Assembly: GCA_030770535.1 (NCBI GenBank)
Contig: JASVEC010000019.1
Location: 248,001-312,000, forward strand
Direction of reading: 5' to 3'
DNA from: Batkoa obscura
Taxonomy: Eukaryota
DNA length: 64,000 nt
Shown: one piece after another, positions 12,986-25,889 of the stretch
How positions within the stretch are numbered: position 1 is the stretch's first letter
Layout: each line of letters opens with the position of its first letter
Notes under the pieces: model-generated
What the model was told of the DNA's origin: nothing
What the model saw: the letters and a program-made list of their open reading frames with translations, nothing else
Databases searched by the model: none
Made by a program: the position numbers and the translations under genes

Positions 12986-14521
12986 TGTAAGTTGTTTATG
13001 ATTGTAAAATAAGTTTAAAAAAGATCTAAGGATATTAACTAATAAAAATGTTAAATACGCGGTCTAGAATATATATCGAATATAACTCTAAAATTTAAAT
13101 AAAAAAATAATCTTAAAACTTTTTAATTAAATCTCCTTTATTTTGTTTATATACTCCAAGTTATGATTTTTTTTATAAGTAACAGTTATCAGGTTGGGTG
13201 GAAAAAATTAATATTACTGGTGAGTCATATTGATCCATGCCTTTTAATTTCCTTTTTTGTGTTAATCAGATGATCTATAACTAATTGATTGAAATTTCGA
13301 ATAGAGCTCAGATCATTTAACTATACAATTAAGCCATCTTTAAAATATGGTATTAAGCTTACAAATTGGTTTTATTAACAACAAACTTTGTATTATGATA
13401 TATAGTAACTGTAGATGGCTTAAAGAAATATAAATAATTTTGAATAAATTATGGCAAATTTTGACTCAGATAAATAGAATTGATTGGTTAATTAATTAAA
13501 TTTTGATTAAATTTTTTCAAATTGCTCCAATTAAAGCAATTCTTATTATAATGAGGATTTGAAAGTTATCTGGTCTTTTACTATATTAAGTCTTGCTCTA
13601 GTTATCTTACATACTAAGTAAAGCCCTTAAGGAAAGGAGATAAAGATCAGGCTAATGATCAGGTCAAATGTGAATTTACTAAGCTTTCTTGTTTGACAGT
13701 CCTAACTTTTTTGTGAGTGATACCAAATATTTAAAATGTTTTATTTGTTTATTAATACATTTAATTAGGTTAAATCTGATAGTTATAATATAATCATGAT
13801 ATTATCAATAAAATCACCAGTTAGCTATTCCTACTTTCATTTTAAGCTTACATTAAAGCCATCAAACAAATATTTACTTAAATTATAATTTTATAATAAT
13901 TAAATAATTAGTGTATCCATTTTGTCATTTATTTTTACCTCTCTTCTTGATTCCCTTTAACTTTAAACAGTAAAGTAAAATTGAGTATTTTTTAAATGTT
14001 CCCACGCTCTATAGACCAGTACTCTAATTATAATACCAGGTTTCAGTTTTAAGAAAGTTCTTTAAAAAATCAAGCCTCTCTTTTTATATCCTAAAACCTC
14101 TCAATTTTAGCCCTTTATAAATCATGAATTAAAATCAGCGAGTTTTTATTTACTGATATTTGATTGACTTCAGTAAATTTAAAATATCATTTATCAGTAA
14201 GTCAAATTTAACTTAAGATTAAGCAATAATTATACTATTATATTTAAATCAAATAGTTAAAATGAAAATTATTAATTGATTTAACAAAATAATAAATTTT
14301 TATATTAGCTTTATATTATCTAATTTTAATGACTAAAAATAACGCAGCTATAGCTAGCATAGAAGAAAGAAACAAAGAAAGAAATACAAGTCTTTTCAAA
14401 GCTATAAGCCCTTGTAAGAAAAAGTTATAGCAACTGCAAAATAAAGAAAGCTCCACTTTTGAAGCATTGATTGATAAAAATAATAAAGGGAAGCGAAATG
14501 GTACCGCTAATAAGAATAAAT

Positions 14522-15300
14522 TTAAGCATTTGAATAGTGATTCTTAGGTGGAACACGGGAGGTAATAGTGGCCTTTAAAGTATCAGGCCTGGTCTTGTTT
14601 TTTGAATAACCATCTTCTGATTCAATATAGTATGCTGAAAAATCCAGAATATCATCTACTATTTTAGGATTATCTTGATTAAGTTTGGCAAATTGATAAG
14701 CAAACTTGGTATCAGGGCCGTTTAAAGCAATAGCATTACCTTGTTCACAAACTGAGAGACAACGAGTAGGTCTTATCTCAAATTTTTTACGGAATTTCCT
14801 TGTTGGACTATTAGGTTTGCCGTGGGCTTTAACCAATTTATGATACAATATTTCTCCACTTTTAAGTTTAACTCCTTCTTTTTCTTTATCTGCTACTAAT
14901 TCTTCCATGTCTTGATCTATGATTTTATTTTCAGGGTGTTCTAATTTACAATCTATTAAACTTCCGCAATTCGTTTCTTTGTAAGTGCATCTCATACACA
15001 CAAATAAAACATGTCTATCCTTTAATTCTTTTTCTAATTCATTCTCTCTTATTTCTTCTTCTTTACTATCTTCATCTTTTCCAATTATTATATCTGGTTT
15101 TCCATTCCCTTTTTCAATTTCCTAAAATCGAATGTTATAAAACTAAATATGAAATAATAAAATCTTACCTTTGGTTTAATTGAGTAAGTTTTTCTAAATT
15201 CCCTAATCTTTAAATCCAAAATAATTGTAGCGCCAATAGCAAATCCACCAAAAATAATAGCAGGTAGAAAGTTGGTTATTGATATATCCTTCAAAGCCAT
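14522..15300 (-). CDS. N-terminally membrane-anchored DUF1636-like (thioredoxin-like ferredoxin fold, Cys-liganded) protein; 2 exons (15300-15169, 15121-14522)
   Basis: A 47-nt GTAAG..TTTAG intron (15168-15122) joins ORFs 15088 and 14522 in frame; motifs LFVCMRC, RCLSVCEQGNAIAL, KFAYQF and RP..LK....RVPP match my recollection of DUF1636; hydrophobic N-terminal segment. Confidence 0.7.
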
Positions 15301-15328
15301 TTTAGTTGTTTATATTTAACGATGAGAG

Positions 15329-15614
15329 AGATAAAATAGATAAATTCTGGATTTTATCAGATGAGTTATCAGATAAATGATATCATTCTTTAGCTACTTA
15401 AACTCAGTCAACTATTGGCTAAATTTTAATATTAATTATGAGTAAACTATGAGAACAGGTCTATTTTGTCAAATAAATTTAATATTAAATCCTCATGAAT
15501 ATTTTTTTTGTACCCTTATCTGATAATGATACAGTCAGTCATAAGAATATTGAGTAAACCCTTTTAATATAAAAAAGTCGACAATATTCATTATATACCG
15601 ATAAGGCTGATAAG
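15329..15614. promoter_or_regulatory. Cluster of GATA sites, including three ATCWGATAA (SreA/Fep1-type) motifs, upstream of the DUF1636-like gene
   Basis: TTATCAGAT 15354-15362, TTATCAGATAA 15366-15376 and TTATCTGATAA 15516-15526, plus further GATAA at ~15330, 15339, 15600 and 15609. Confidence 0.55.
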
Positions 15615-16020
15615 TAAAATAGTTTAAAAAGAAAACAATAATAATAATATTGAAGTAGTAATCCAACAAATCAAACTTTTAAATGAAATGTAATTAATTT
15701 CGATAATGTTACTATTATAGGGCATTATGGCTTAATAGTTAAATTATTGCTTATATTGAAAGAATATTTTGAAAAATGCAAGTTCATTTTCAAAACTCAA
15801 TATTATCAAAGTATAAATTCTTTGATTTAAAACCTTAATATTTAATTTGTAAAACGAAATTCTCAAAATTTAAATAATAATAAAGTCATTAAAAAAGGTT
15901 TAGTAATTCTTATTATAAAAATAACAGATAAACTATTGTTATAGGATTATAAATTTGTGAAGCAACAAAATACAAATTTAATACAGGGCTTTTGTTTTAT
16001 AATATAGTTAGTATATTTTG

Positions 16021-16656
16021 CTACTTTCTAGCAAAAGTTTGAAGGTTAGTATAACTACCGTTAAAGTAATCTTGGTCACCAGGGTTTGGACCACTATCAG
16101 CATATTGCCAAAAAGTATGAAAGTACCAACCAGCTGGCAAAGCTCCGGGAGAGCTCGCCTAACGGGTAACCCATAATGAATTAGTATTCCCAAAACTAGC
16201 ATTATTACCAGTACATTGTTGCCACCAACTTGTAGTAGTATAAATTACTAGATATCTACTAGTTTTAGTACAATAAGTGTTACTAAAACCTCGAATACAA
16301 TCAAGTATAGCTGCTTAAGATAAATTTCTACAATCAGCTTCGAGATCAAGGGTATTAGATAAAGTTCTACCATCATTACCCATTCCCCACCATTAGCTAT
16401 AAAATAATTAGCTTAAGCAACACCAGAAGAGGATCTACGACGAGCAAAATGCCAAGCAAAATGAATTAAATCTACATCTATTGTACCAATATATCGAGAA
16501 TTAAGTTGAAGGTTTTTATAAGTAGTGCCTTTAGTAGCTTTAATACATACAAATTGAATTTCAATTAACATTGGGTTGAGAACTACCAACATCTATTCCT
16601 TTGGGATTTGCTGCTAATACTATCTTGTTAAATATAGTAACGATAAACAATTTTAT
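16021..16656 (-). pseudogene. GH25 muramidase (Chalaropsis-type lysozyme) pseudogene
   Basis: Manual translation: KGIDVGSSQPNVN*, IKATKGTTY, WHFAR, A*ANYFIANGG, DGRTL..LDLE, IYTTTSWWQQCTGN, LPAGW...FWQYADSGPNPGDQDYFNG; four in-frame stops, two frameshifts, start apparently mutated to ATA. Confidence 0.9.
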
Positions 16657-16740
16657 AATGTAAGATAAATGAGTGGTAAAAAAATGATGACATTCAATAG
16701 TAAATAAAAACTTTAAAGATAAGAGGATAATTTAATAAAT

Positions 16741-16838
16741 GAGGATGTTTTTTTGGCTTCATTATCTTTTCCATCTTTTCAGCACTATTTGAGTGGAAAA
16801 ATTACTAGTAAAATTCTTAAACACAAAAATACATTCCC
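16741..16838. mobile_element. MITE copy (orientation A)
   Basis: GAGGATGT...ACATTCCC; TSD AAAT/AAAT. Confidence 0.88.
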
Positions 16839-18212
16839 AAATATAAGTAATGTATGTTGGTCCTATTTATATTTTTATCAATATAAGACTTAGACATTTA
16901 AGTTGGGTAAGTCGTCGATTTGAAATTTTGTTTACCCTTTACTTATTTCTATCAACATTCTATTTTATAGCTTGAGTAATGCAATGTATATTCTAAAATA
17001 TTGATAATGAGGTTTAGTTTATTAAGTAATTGATACATGACAATAAGGAGCTTAAAAATAAAGCATACTTCAATCAAGGAGGGAAATTAAATATTTCAAT
17101 TAGTTGATAACTTGATATCTAATTAAGATAGAATACATCTTATAAATCATAACAGGTTACACCAAATGTCATAACCGTAATATTTTAATACTATCTCAAT
17201 CTAGTTTATTGAGTAGCAAATTAAGAAATAAAGAATTTTTATTTTTATTTTAGAAAAATAAAAGTTCTTGATAAAAAATAGCATGACAAAATGTTCAATT
17301 GCTCATATTTGAATTCAAGTTAAAAAATAGTTTGTATATACACTATTTAATATTACTATTTTTTAGTCACATTTTGATTTTTTAAAATTTAAAATTCCAG
17401 CTCTACTTGGCCAAAAAAAATCCCAATTCCAACAATTTCAATTCAAATATATTTCACTATTTTTTTAAAATCAAATTAGTTTGTACTATGATATTAATTG
17501 AAATGATCCTTATTCATGTTTTGTCTTTAAAGTGAGAGAGTGTTGATATTATGATTGATAATCCAAGCAAAACTGATATTATAAAAACATAAAAAAATAG
17601 ATAATGGAAGATTGATATTGATAGCAATGGACTGGGATAATAAGATAAAAATCCTAATATTCGATCAAGTTTTTATTATTAAATAAGAGTGAATGATTAC
17701 TAATATTTTATTATTTAATGACGTTAATATAAAATTAAGTGGCTTAAGTTCTTTGAATTTCAATCAAAATTAAGATATTAGAAATGATAAAGTTGTATTT
17801 ACAAATAAAAACGATTCAACTTAATTTTAGAACATTATTAAATTGCAATTTCTTTATTAAATACATCTTTTTTATATTGAAATTCATTAACTAATAAATA
17901 AAACTATATATTTATTAAACTATTCCAGTTCTTAATTTTAATAATTTGTAGTAATAAATCTTTTTCTAAATTAATTGATCCTTTCTAATTTATACAATAT
18001 AGGATTTTTGAAATCAATTAATAAACCATTTCTAACTAGCATCATGGATAAAGATAAAGGAAATAAATCAAAATGATAAGTACTAAAAAAATTATCTTAA
18101 AAAAGTATAAAAAAAGCTTAAAATTTAATTTTCAAGACAGTATTAGAACTCTTTCGTGGAGTCCAATTTAAGCTAGAGAAAAAAATGTTAGTCAATATAA
18201 TTATACTTTAAT

Positions 18213-18404
18213 TCAAACCTTACCTTCTTTCTTTTCTGCTTTTTGTTGGTCTAATTTGACATAGAATTCAGAGATCTTATTTTGAGTTGGTAAATGGTAA
18301 TTATTCCAATAAAAATAACCAAACACTAATCCTAAGGAGATCGAACCTACAATATCGTTACGTATACTACGTGCTAATTTTCCGCGAATTGGGGCAATGG
18401 CCAT
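18213..18404 (-). CDS. COX9: Cytochrome c oxidase subunit 9 (fungal VIIa)
   Basis: MAIAPIRGKL..DIVGSISLG..YW..H..EFY..L resembles yeast Cox9 (MTIAPITG..DIVLGFSLG). Confidence 0.85.
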   Translation of the reverse strand: MAIAPIRGKLARSIRNDIVGSISLGLVFGYFYWNNYHLPTQNKISEFYVKLDQQKAEKKEGKV

Positions 18405-18628
18405 ATTTGTTGATTTTTTTTAAAATAGGTTGGGTATGAAAAGATTCAAATTTCAAGATTGATGGTAAGATTTACTCAAACAATTCCTCAAATGGAATTG
18501 AAGGATTTGTGGGATAGAGTTTTCAAATTTGGCCAATATGACTCATTTTCTAATTTTAGGTCAAAAAAATCAAAAAAGTCAAAAATCAGTATTAAAGTGT
18601 AACTGGATTATTTTAATTATATTTTAAT

Positions 18629-21451
18629 ATGTTATTCAATCGGTTCCATTCATTAAATAAACAGGGGTTAATCCAATCTGTATCAAAAAGAAGCATTAAA
18701 TTCTATTCAACTCTTAAAGATGATAATAGCAATAAAAATTATTCGGATACATTATTATTACCAGAAACTTCATTTAAATTAAGATTCGATCCCTTGATGG
18801 AAAAAAAATATAGAGAAAAAAGTACTACAGAGGTTTATCAATGGCAGGTAAATTACATTGAAAAAAATTAAAAATAGCAAAAAAAAATTCTTCCGCATCA
18901 TATTTTAATTTGATATCATGGATGATAAAGAGTTCATTAGAATTAAGAGTATTAATCATTTTATCTTTTAAATAGTTGAAAAAAGAAAACCGACCCAATT
19001 TTATATTGCATGATGGGCCACCGTATGCTAATGGTAAATTACATTCGGGTAAGTTTAGTTGAAAAAAAAATTAAAATAATTTTTATGAATTAATTATTTA
19101 GGTCATGCTATGAATAAAATATTAAAAGATATAATTAATCGTTACAAATTATTACAAGGTTATAAAGTTAAGTAAGTTATGACATAATAGAAAAATAGAT
19201 AAAATGAATTAAATGATGATTCTCGTTTTTTTTAGTTATATACCAGGTTGGGATTGTCATGGTTTACCTATTGAATTAAAAGCATTAGAAAAATTTAAAG
19301 TAAATGTTTTTTATTATAATAACATTATCAATAGCTTGATTTTTTACAAAAGAAAGGGCATTTTTTTTCATTCATTAACAATATAATTTCATTGACAATA
19401 GAAACAAAAATTAACACCCGTTGAGATACGTAAAGAAGCAAGAAAACTAGCATTAGAGACAATAGAAACACAAAAGGAAGATTTTAAAAAATTTGGTATA
19501 ATGGCTGATTGGAATCAAGTTTATAGAACTTTAGGTAAGTCATAGAATAATTTAAAACAAAGATTTTTACACTACTATTTTTCATTAAATTAATTATGAA
19601 ATTTTATTTTAGATACTGATTATATAGTTCGTCAATTAAACGTATTTAAAAAATTTATTGAAAAAGGTAAATTAATTGAAATTTCATTACAAATTAAAAT
19701 ATTAAATATATTAAATATATTAAATATATTAATATTAAAGGTTATGTCTATCGTCAATTTCGTCCTGTTTATTGGTCTCCATCAACACTGTAAGTGAAAT
19801 CAATAAACTAATTAATTTAAAAAAATAGTTAAAGATATTAAATATATTTATTAATTATTAATTAGTACTGCACTTGCTGAATCTGAATTAGAATATAAAA
19901 ATGACCATAAATCAACAGCTGCTTATATTAAGTTTAATGTTGAAAGTGAGTTATTTTTATTTACTAATATATAATTAATAAATTTTATATTTTCAATAAA
20001 AATAGAGAATCATTCGTTATTCAATACATTACCAAAAGAAGCAGAAGTTAATGTTATCATTTGGACTACTACCCCTTGGACAATTCCTAGCAATCAAGTA
20101 AGTATTGTTTTATTTCTATAGTTATAAAATTCAAATGTTAATATTTAATAGTTATTTATTATTGTTATTTTCTAGGCCATTTCAGTTCATCCTGAAATTA
20201 ATTATGGATTATTTAAAGAAAAGAATGTAGAAAAATATTTTATTATAGGTGAAAAAGGAGTGGAAAATGTCAAGGAATTTATGAATTCATTAGAATTAGT
20301 AAAAATAATCAAAGGTATCAATAATATAGAATAATTCATATTTAAAATATTAATTAATTATTAATAGGAAAGGAACTAGAATTAATAAATTATTATCATC
20401 CAATTAATAAAGAAAAATTGAAGATTATATTGGCTGATTATGTATCTGAAACTTCAGGCACTGGTAAAATATTAATTGAATCTACAAGTTAAAAAAGAAT
20501 GTATTCATATTAAATTTAAAAATTTAAAAAATAGGATTAGTTCATTGTGCCCCAAGTCATGGCATGGATGATTATCGTACTGGTCAAAAATATGGAATTA
20601 CTGGAAAGAATTTAGGTAATTTTTAAAAGAATTGAAATTAATGTTATAATAATATTATTATTATAATATCATCATGTAAAAATAATTAATTTTAATTTAA
20701 TTATAGTGGATCAATATGGTAAATTTACTTCTGAAGCAGGTGAATTATTAGCTGGTAAAGCTGTTTTGAGAGAGGGCAATACACTGGTATTAGGATTATT
20801 AAAAGAAAGTAATAATCTAATTAATTCATATGATTATATTCATTCTTATCCATATGATTGGAGATCAAAAAAACCTGTTATTCAAAGGTAAATTAATATT
20901 AATATTAATATTAATATCATAATTAATTTATAATAATGATATACTAATGATGTATTAAACTAATTTTATTTTTAGAGCTACTGCTCAATGGTTTATTAAT
21001 GTTCAACAAATTACTAAAAATGCAATTAATAAATTAAATCAAGTTACTACAATACCATCTTCAGGTAAAAATCGATTAATTCAATTTTTAAATGGAAGAG
21101 AAGAATGGTGTATATCCAGACAAAGATCATGGGGAGTACCAATTCCTGTATTCTATGATAAAAATGGTAAATTAATAATAATAATAATAATATAATAATA
21201 TAATATTAGTTAATTAATTTTACATTTTATTATTAAATATAGGCAATCCTTTATTAGATAATAAAGTTATCACACATGTAATTAATATAATAAAAGAAAA
21301 AGGAGTAGATAGTTGGTTTGAATTATCAGTGAAAGAATTGTTACCACTAGAATATGATAGTCAATCATATACTAAAGGAATGGATACTATGGATGTTTGG
21401 TTTGATTCAGGAACTAGTTTTAGTTTAATTGAAGAATTAAAAGAAAAAGAA

Positions 21452-21502
<51 letters not shown>

Positions 21503-22881
21503 TATATTTCTGATGTTTATTTAGAAGGATCAGATCAACATCGAGGTTGGTTTCAATCTTCAATATTATTAGCTACAGGTGCTTATGATAAATTACCATA
21601 TAAAACCTTAATTACACATGGGTTTTTATTAGATGGAAAAGGAATCAAAATGTCTAAATCAATTGGTAATATAATTGAACCACAAATAATTATTGAAGGT
21701 GGGAAAAATAAGCAATATCAACCAGCATATGGTATTGATTTATTAAGATTTTGGATTGCTAGTTCGGATTATTCAAAAGATGTATCATTAGGAAATGATA
21801 TATTAAAAATGAATAATCAAGCATTATTTAAAGTTAGAAATACTATTCGATTTATATTAGGCAATGTTAAAACAAAAAGAGAAATATCATATAAACAATT
21901 ATTTCCTTTAGATCAATATATATTACATGAATTATTTCAATTGCAAATCAATTGTCAAAATTATTATGAAGATTATCAATTTCATTTAGTAATTGCAGAA
22001 ATATTAAAATTTTCCAATTTTTTATCCAGTTTCTATTTGGATTCTATAAAAGATCGAGTTTATGCAGAGAAAATAGAATCTCAATCTAGAACTAACGTAG
22101 AATATGTATTATTACAAGTATTAGAAACTTATTTAAGTTTACTTGCTCCAATTACCCCATTAATGATTGAAGAGGCTTATGATTTAAGTAAACAGCTTTT
22201 GAAAGATGAAAAAGAATCAGTGTTTCATAGAGAATTTGTTAAATTAGTAAGATTTATTTGTACAAGTTTTTTTAAAAATAATATTGTTTTAACAATCATT
22301 TTTATTTTAGAATCAAGAATTTCATAATGTACAATTAAAACAAGAATGGGAAATAATTTTACAAATTAAACAAAATATTTATTCGTCAATTGAAAAGTTT
22401 CGAATTGAAAAGTAAGTTTATTTTAATTTTAATTATTATTATTTAATGAATATTAATTATATTATTATTTTAATTAAATTTAGTAAAATTACCAATAATT
22501 TACAATTAAGATTAAATTTTTATAATTTAAATAAAGATATGGAGGATTGGTTATTGAAATTAGAATTGAATCATCATCAATTATCTGATGTATTATTAAT
22601 ATCAGATATTCAATTTAAACAAACAGAAGATCTCAGTGAATTAAATTGTTTTGATATTAAAAATATTAATGGTAAATTTATTAATAAGAATATTTAATAA
22701 TTATGTATTAATATATTAATTTTTATATTTTATATTCTAATTAGATTCAAACATGAATAATAAAATCTATTTTCAATTACAAAAAATTGAAAATCAATTT
22801 AAATGTCCAAGATGTTGGAAATATCATAGTTTAATTGAAAATCAATTATGTCAACGATGTGATCAAGTAATTAAATATTAA
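18629..22881 (+). CDS. ISM1: Mitochondrial isoleucyl-tRNA synthetase, ~18 exons
   Basis: Spliced motifs [14 protein letters not shown] (HIGH-like), [44 protein letters not shown] and C-terminal CPRCW..CQRC; basic presequence; GT-AG introns traced by eye. Confidence 0.92.
21452..21502 (+). repeat. (AAT)n microsatellite encoding poly-Asn within IleRS
   Basis: About 17 AAT units, in frame. Confidence 0.9.
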
Positions 22882-23048
22882 AAATAAAATCAATAAAATA
22901 TATTAGACAAAATAAAAAATGAAATAAAAAAAATAAAAAATGAAATAAAAAAAATAAAAAAAGATTAAATATAATTTAGTTATTATTATATTATTATATT
23001 ATTGTATCACCTTTTATTGTTATTATTAATATATTATTGAAATTATTA

Positions 23049-23453
23049 TTAAATTAATAATTCCATTTTATTATTTAACTTATTTTTAATATTAATACAA
23101 GTCAAATGAAATTTTAATTCATTATCTTTCATTAGAGGTAAATAACATACATTACAACAATGATTTGGATTAATATTTTTAGGTAATTTTGGGATTTCTT
23201 TATTAGGCTAAAAAAAAGAAATTAATGTATATTATTAATAATCAAAACTAGTATATTGTTATTATTAAATTAATTAAAACTTACAATTGTTAAACTTAAT
23301 CTCATCATTAATTGAATTATTGTTGAAAATAAATTTTCTAATAATCCCGTATTATTACTATTATTATTGTCCAATTCCAATTGTAACTTATTATAATTAA
23401 TAGACAATTCCAAACGTTCAATCACAACTTTAAATTCAAATAAAGCTAAATAA

Positions 23454-23490
<37 letters not shown>

Positions 23491-24391
23491 ATATTAAATT
23501 TACCTTTTAAATAAAAATTTAATGGATTGTATTCTAACAAAATTAATCTCTCATTATTATTTAATATTAAATCTAATTGTTTTAATTTTTCAATAGCTAA
23601 TTGAAATTGATTTTCAATATAAGAATACATCTTAAACCAAGGTTCAATATCTAAATGACTATTATAAAATTATAAACATACAATATTCTAATAAAATTAT
23701 TATTTTAATATATTACCTTAATACTTTTAATGCTTTAGTAGGGGTTGATGAATCTAAAACATGAAAAATTAAACATAATAATAATAATAATAAAACTTAC
23801 CTTTATTCCAACTATTCTTTCGATTTTCTTTCTTTTTTGTTATAATTTTTGGAAAATAATTTTTATCTAATAATTCAAATTCATCAATTTGATGATTATT
23901 TAATTTTTGTTTAATATCTAAAGATAAACTTTTGTGATGTGTTTTGTAATCCATTAATTGACTTTCTTTATCTTTATCTAACATCATTGTTTTTGAGCGT
24001 AAAATTGGACGACTGTTATTTGTTAGTGTTAGCTCTGTATTATTATTATTGTTATTATTATCCTCAAGTTCCGCTGTTACAAAATCTCCATACAAATCTT
24101 GATCATTAGTATTTACATTTATATTATTATTGATATCTCCATTACTTTCTTCAAATTGAGTAAATAAATTGAATTCATTCCATTCATCTTTATCATCTTT
24201 TTTATCGTTCTTTTGTTCATTTGTATTATTAGCAAAATTATCAAAATCATCTAATAAATTATTATGTTTGTTAAAATTATGATTTATATTTTTATTAATG
24301 TCTTTATTTCCATTTGCACTACTACTAGTAAACCCTTCAAATTCATCTAATAAATTGATTGTATTTACATTGCTCTGTTTTTTATCCATAA

Positions 24392-24440
<49 letters not shown>

Positions 24441-25117
24441 GCTATTTGTTGCCATAAAATCAGCAAACTCATCTATCAACACCTCATTCTTTGAGCTCTG
24501 CTTCTGTATAGTTTTATTGTTATTATCATTATTACTATCCCCGGTATTCATAAAATCACCAAAACCATCAAATAGGTCCCCTTTAGTTGTACTTTGTTGA
24601 TTTCCTTCTTTGTTATTGTTGTTATTACTTGTACTCATAAAATCACCAAAGCCATCAAATAGATCCTTACTACTTAATTGATTTTGATTCTTATTATTTC
24701 CTTCAAATTCCCCAAATAAGTCCGCTTGTTTCTTTTGGTTTTTTTCATACTGCTTACCCTCATTTAACACATCAAATAAATCCATTTGAACTCCTTTTTT
24801 CCCATAATTACTATTAAAATTCGATTCACTAAACAAAAAAGGTATATAAATAAATCATTAATTGGTACCATTCAAGTTAAAATATTAACAAAAATTTCCA
24901 CTTACCTTAATTTACCCATACCTATACTCCTACTACTCTCCTCTTCTTCCATTTCTTGAAATGCTAATTCGTTATCAAATAAATTAGCCACTCTATCTTC
25001 GCTAACTGTTCGCTCATTGCTCATTGCTGAAACCGGTTCGTCATCATCAAAGAGTAATGACCGATTCTCTTCTTTTTTTTTGAAACCTAAACGGAAACCA
25101 AAATTACTAAAATTCAT
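23049..25117 (-). CDS. Synergin-gamma-like AP-1 accessory protein (multi-exon, low complexity)
   Basis: Repeated acidic-Phe motifs DLFGEF, DGFGDF (x2), DEFADF and DLYGDF (gamma-adaptin-ear binding type); last exon encodes CCNVCYLP...FHLTCIN. Confidence 0.55.
23452..23487. repeat. (AAAT)n microsatellite in an intron
   Basis: About 9 tandem AAAT units. Confidence 0.85.
24394..24440. repeat. (TTA)n microsatellite (poly-Asn on the minus strand)
   Basis: About 15 units. Confidence 0.9.
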
Positions 25118-25579
25118 ATTATGTATATTCTACAATTTTTGTATTGTTATTGATATTGCTGTTATAGTTATTATCGTTAATACTATTGATATTATTGGTA
25201 CTATTAGTGTTTAGTTGCTAGTTAATCTATTGAGAAAGAATATTAAGTGGCTTTTTTTAGTCACAATAGTTTTTTAAAGTTTCCAATTTTAAGATAAGGA
25301 ATTAATGGAATATTTATTGCTAAATTTAAAAAGAATTAATAGAAAATAAATACAGAGTTAGAATTCAAGTTGAATATCATTTTTCAAAAACTAATAATGT
25401 ATATTTGAACTCATATGGAATTATATAGCATTTTGCCAAAAGAAAATGAAAGACATATTAGATATGTTTCAAACAAACTAAAGTTGTAAAGAAATAAATA
25501 TTTTTTTAAAATTTTATTATAAAAAATGAAGTCAAAAAAACATCCTGATGTAATAAAAAAAGTTAAACAAATATTATAT

Positions 25580-25676
25580 GGGGTTGTTTTTTTTGGCTTC
25601 ATTACTTTTTCCATCTTTTAAGCATTATCTGAACGGAAAAATTGTTAGTAAAATTCTTATACAAAAATACATCCCC
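25580..25676. mobile_element. MITE copy (orientation A)
   Basis: GGGGTTGT...ACATCCCC; TSD ATAT/ATAT. Confidence 0.88.
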
Positions 25677-25795
25677 ATATTGTGTTAAAAATATAGTAAA
25701 TTAATCAATATTTTTAAGCTAAGTTAATAAAACACTCTAATTACTAGTTATTAAAATACTAGTTCAAAATATTTTCAAGTTAAATTTAATTATAT

Positions 25796-25889
25796 AGGGA
25801 TGTATTTTTTATTTAAGAGTTTTATTAACAATCTTTCCACTTGAATAGCGCTTAAAAAATGGAAAAATAATGAAATCAAAAGCATTGCT
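25796..25889. mobile_element. MITE copy (orientation B, degenerate)
   Basis: AGGGATGTA start; internal consensus ..TTCCACTTGAATAGCGCTTAAAAAATGG; ATAT flanks. Confidence 0.75.

Noticed and set aside
16021..16656. Alternative genetic code (TAA=Gln, TGA=Trp), suggested by stops at Q/W positions in GH25
   Set aside because: The same gene has frameshifts, and other genes in the window use TAA, TAG and TGA as normal terminators
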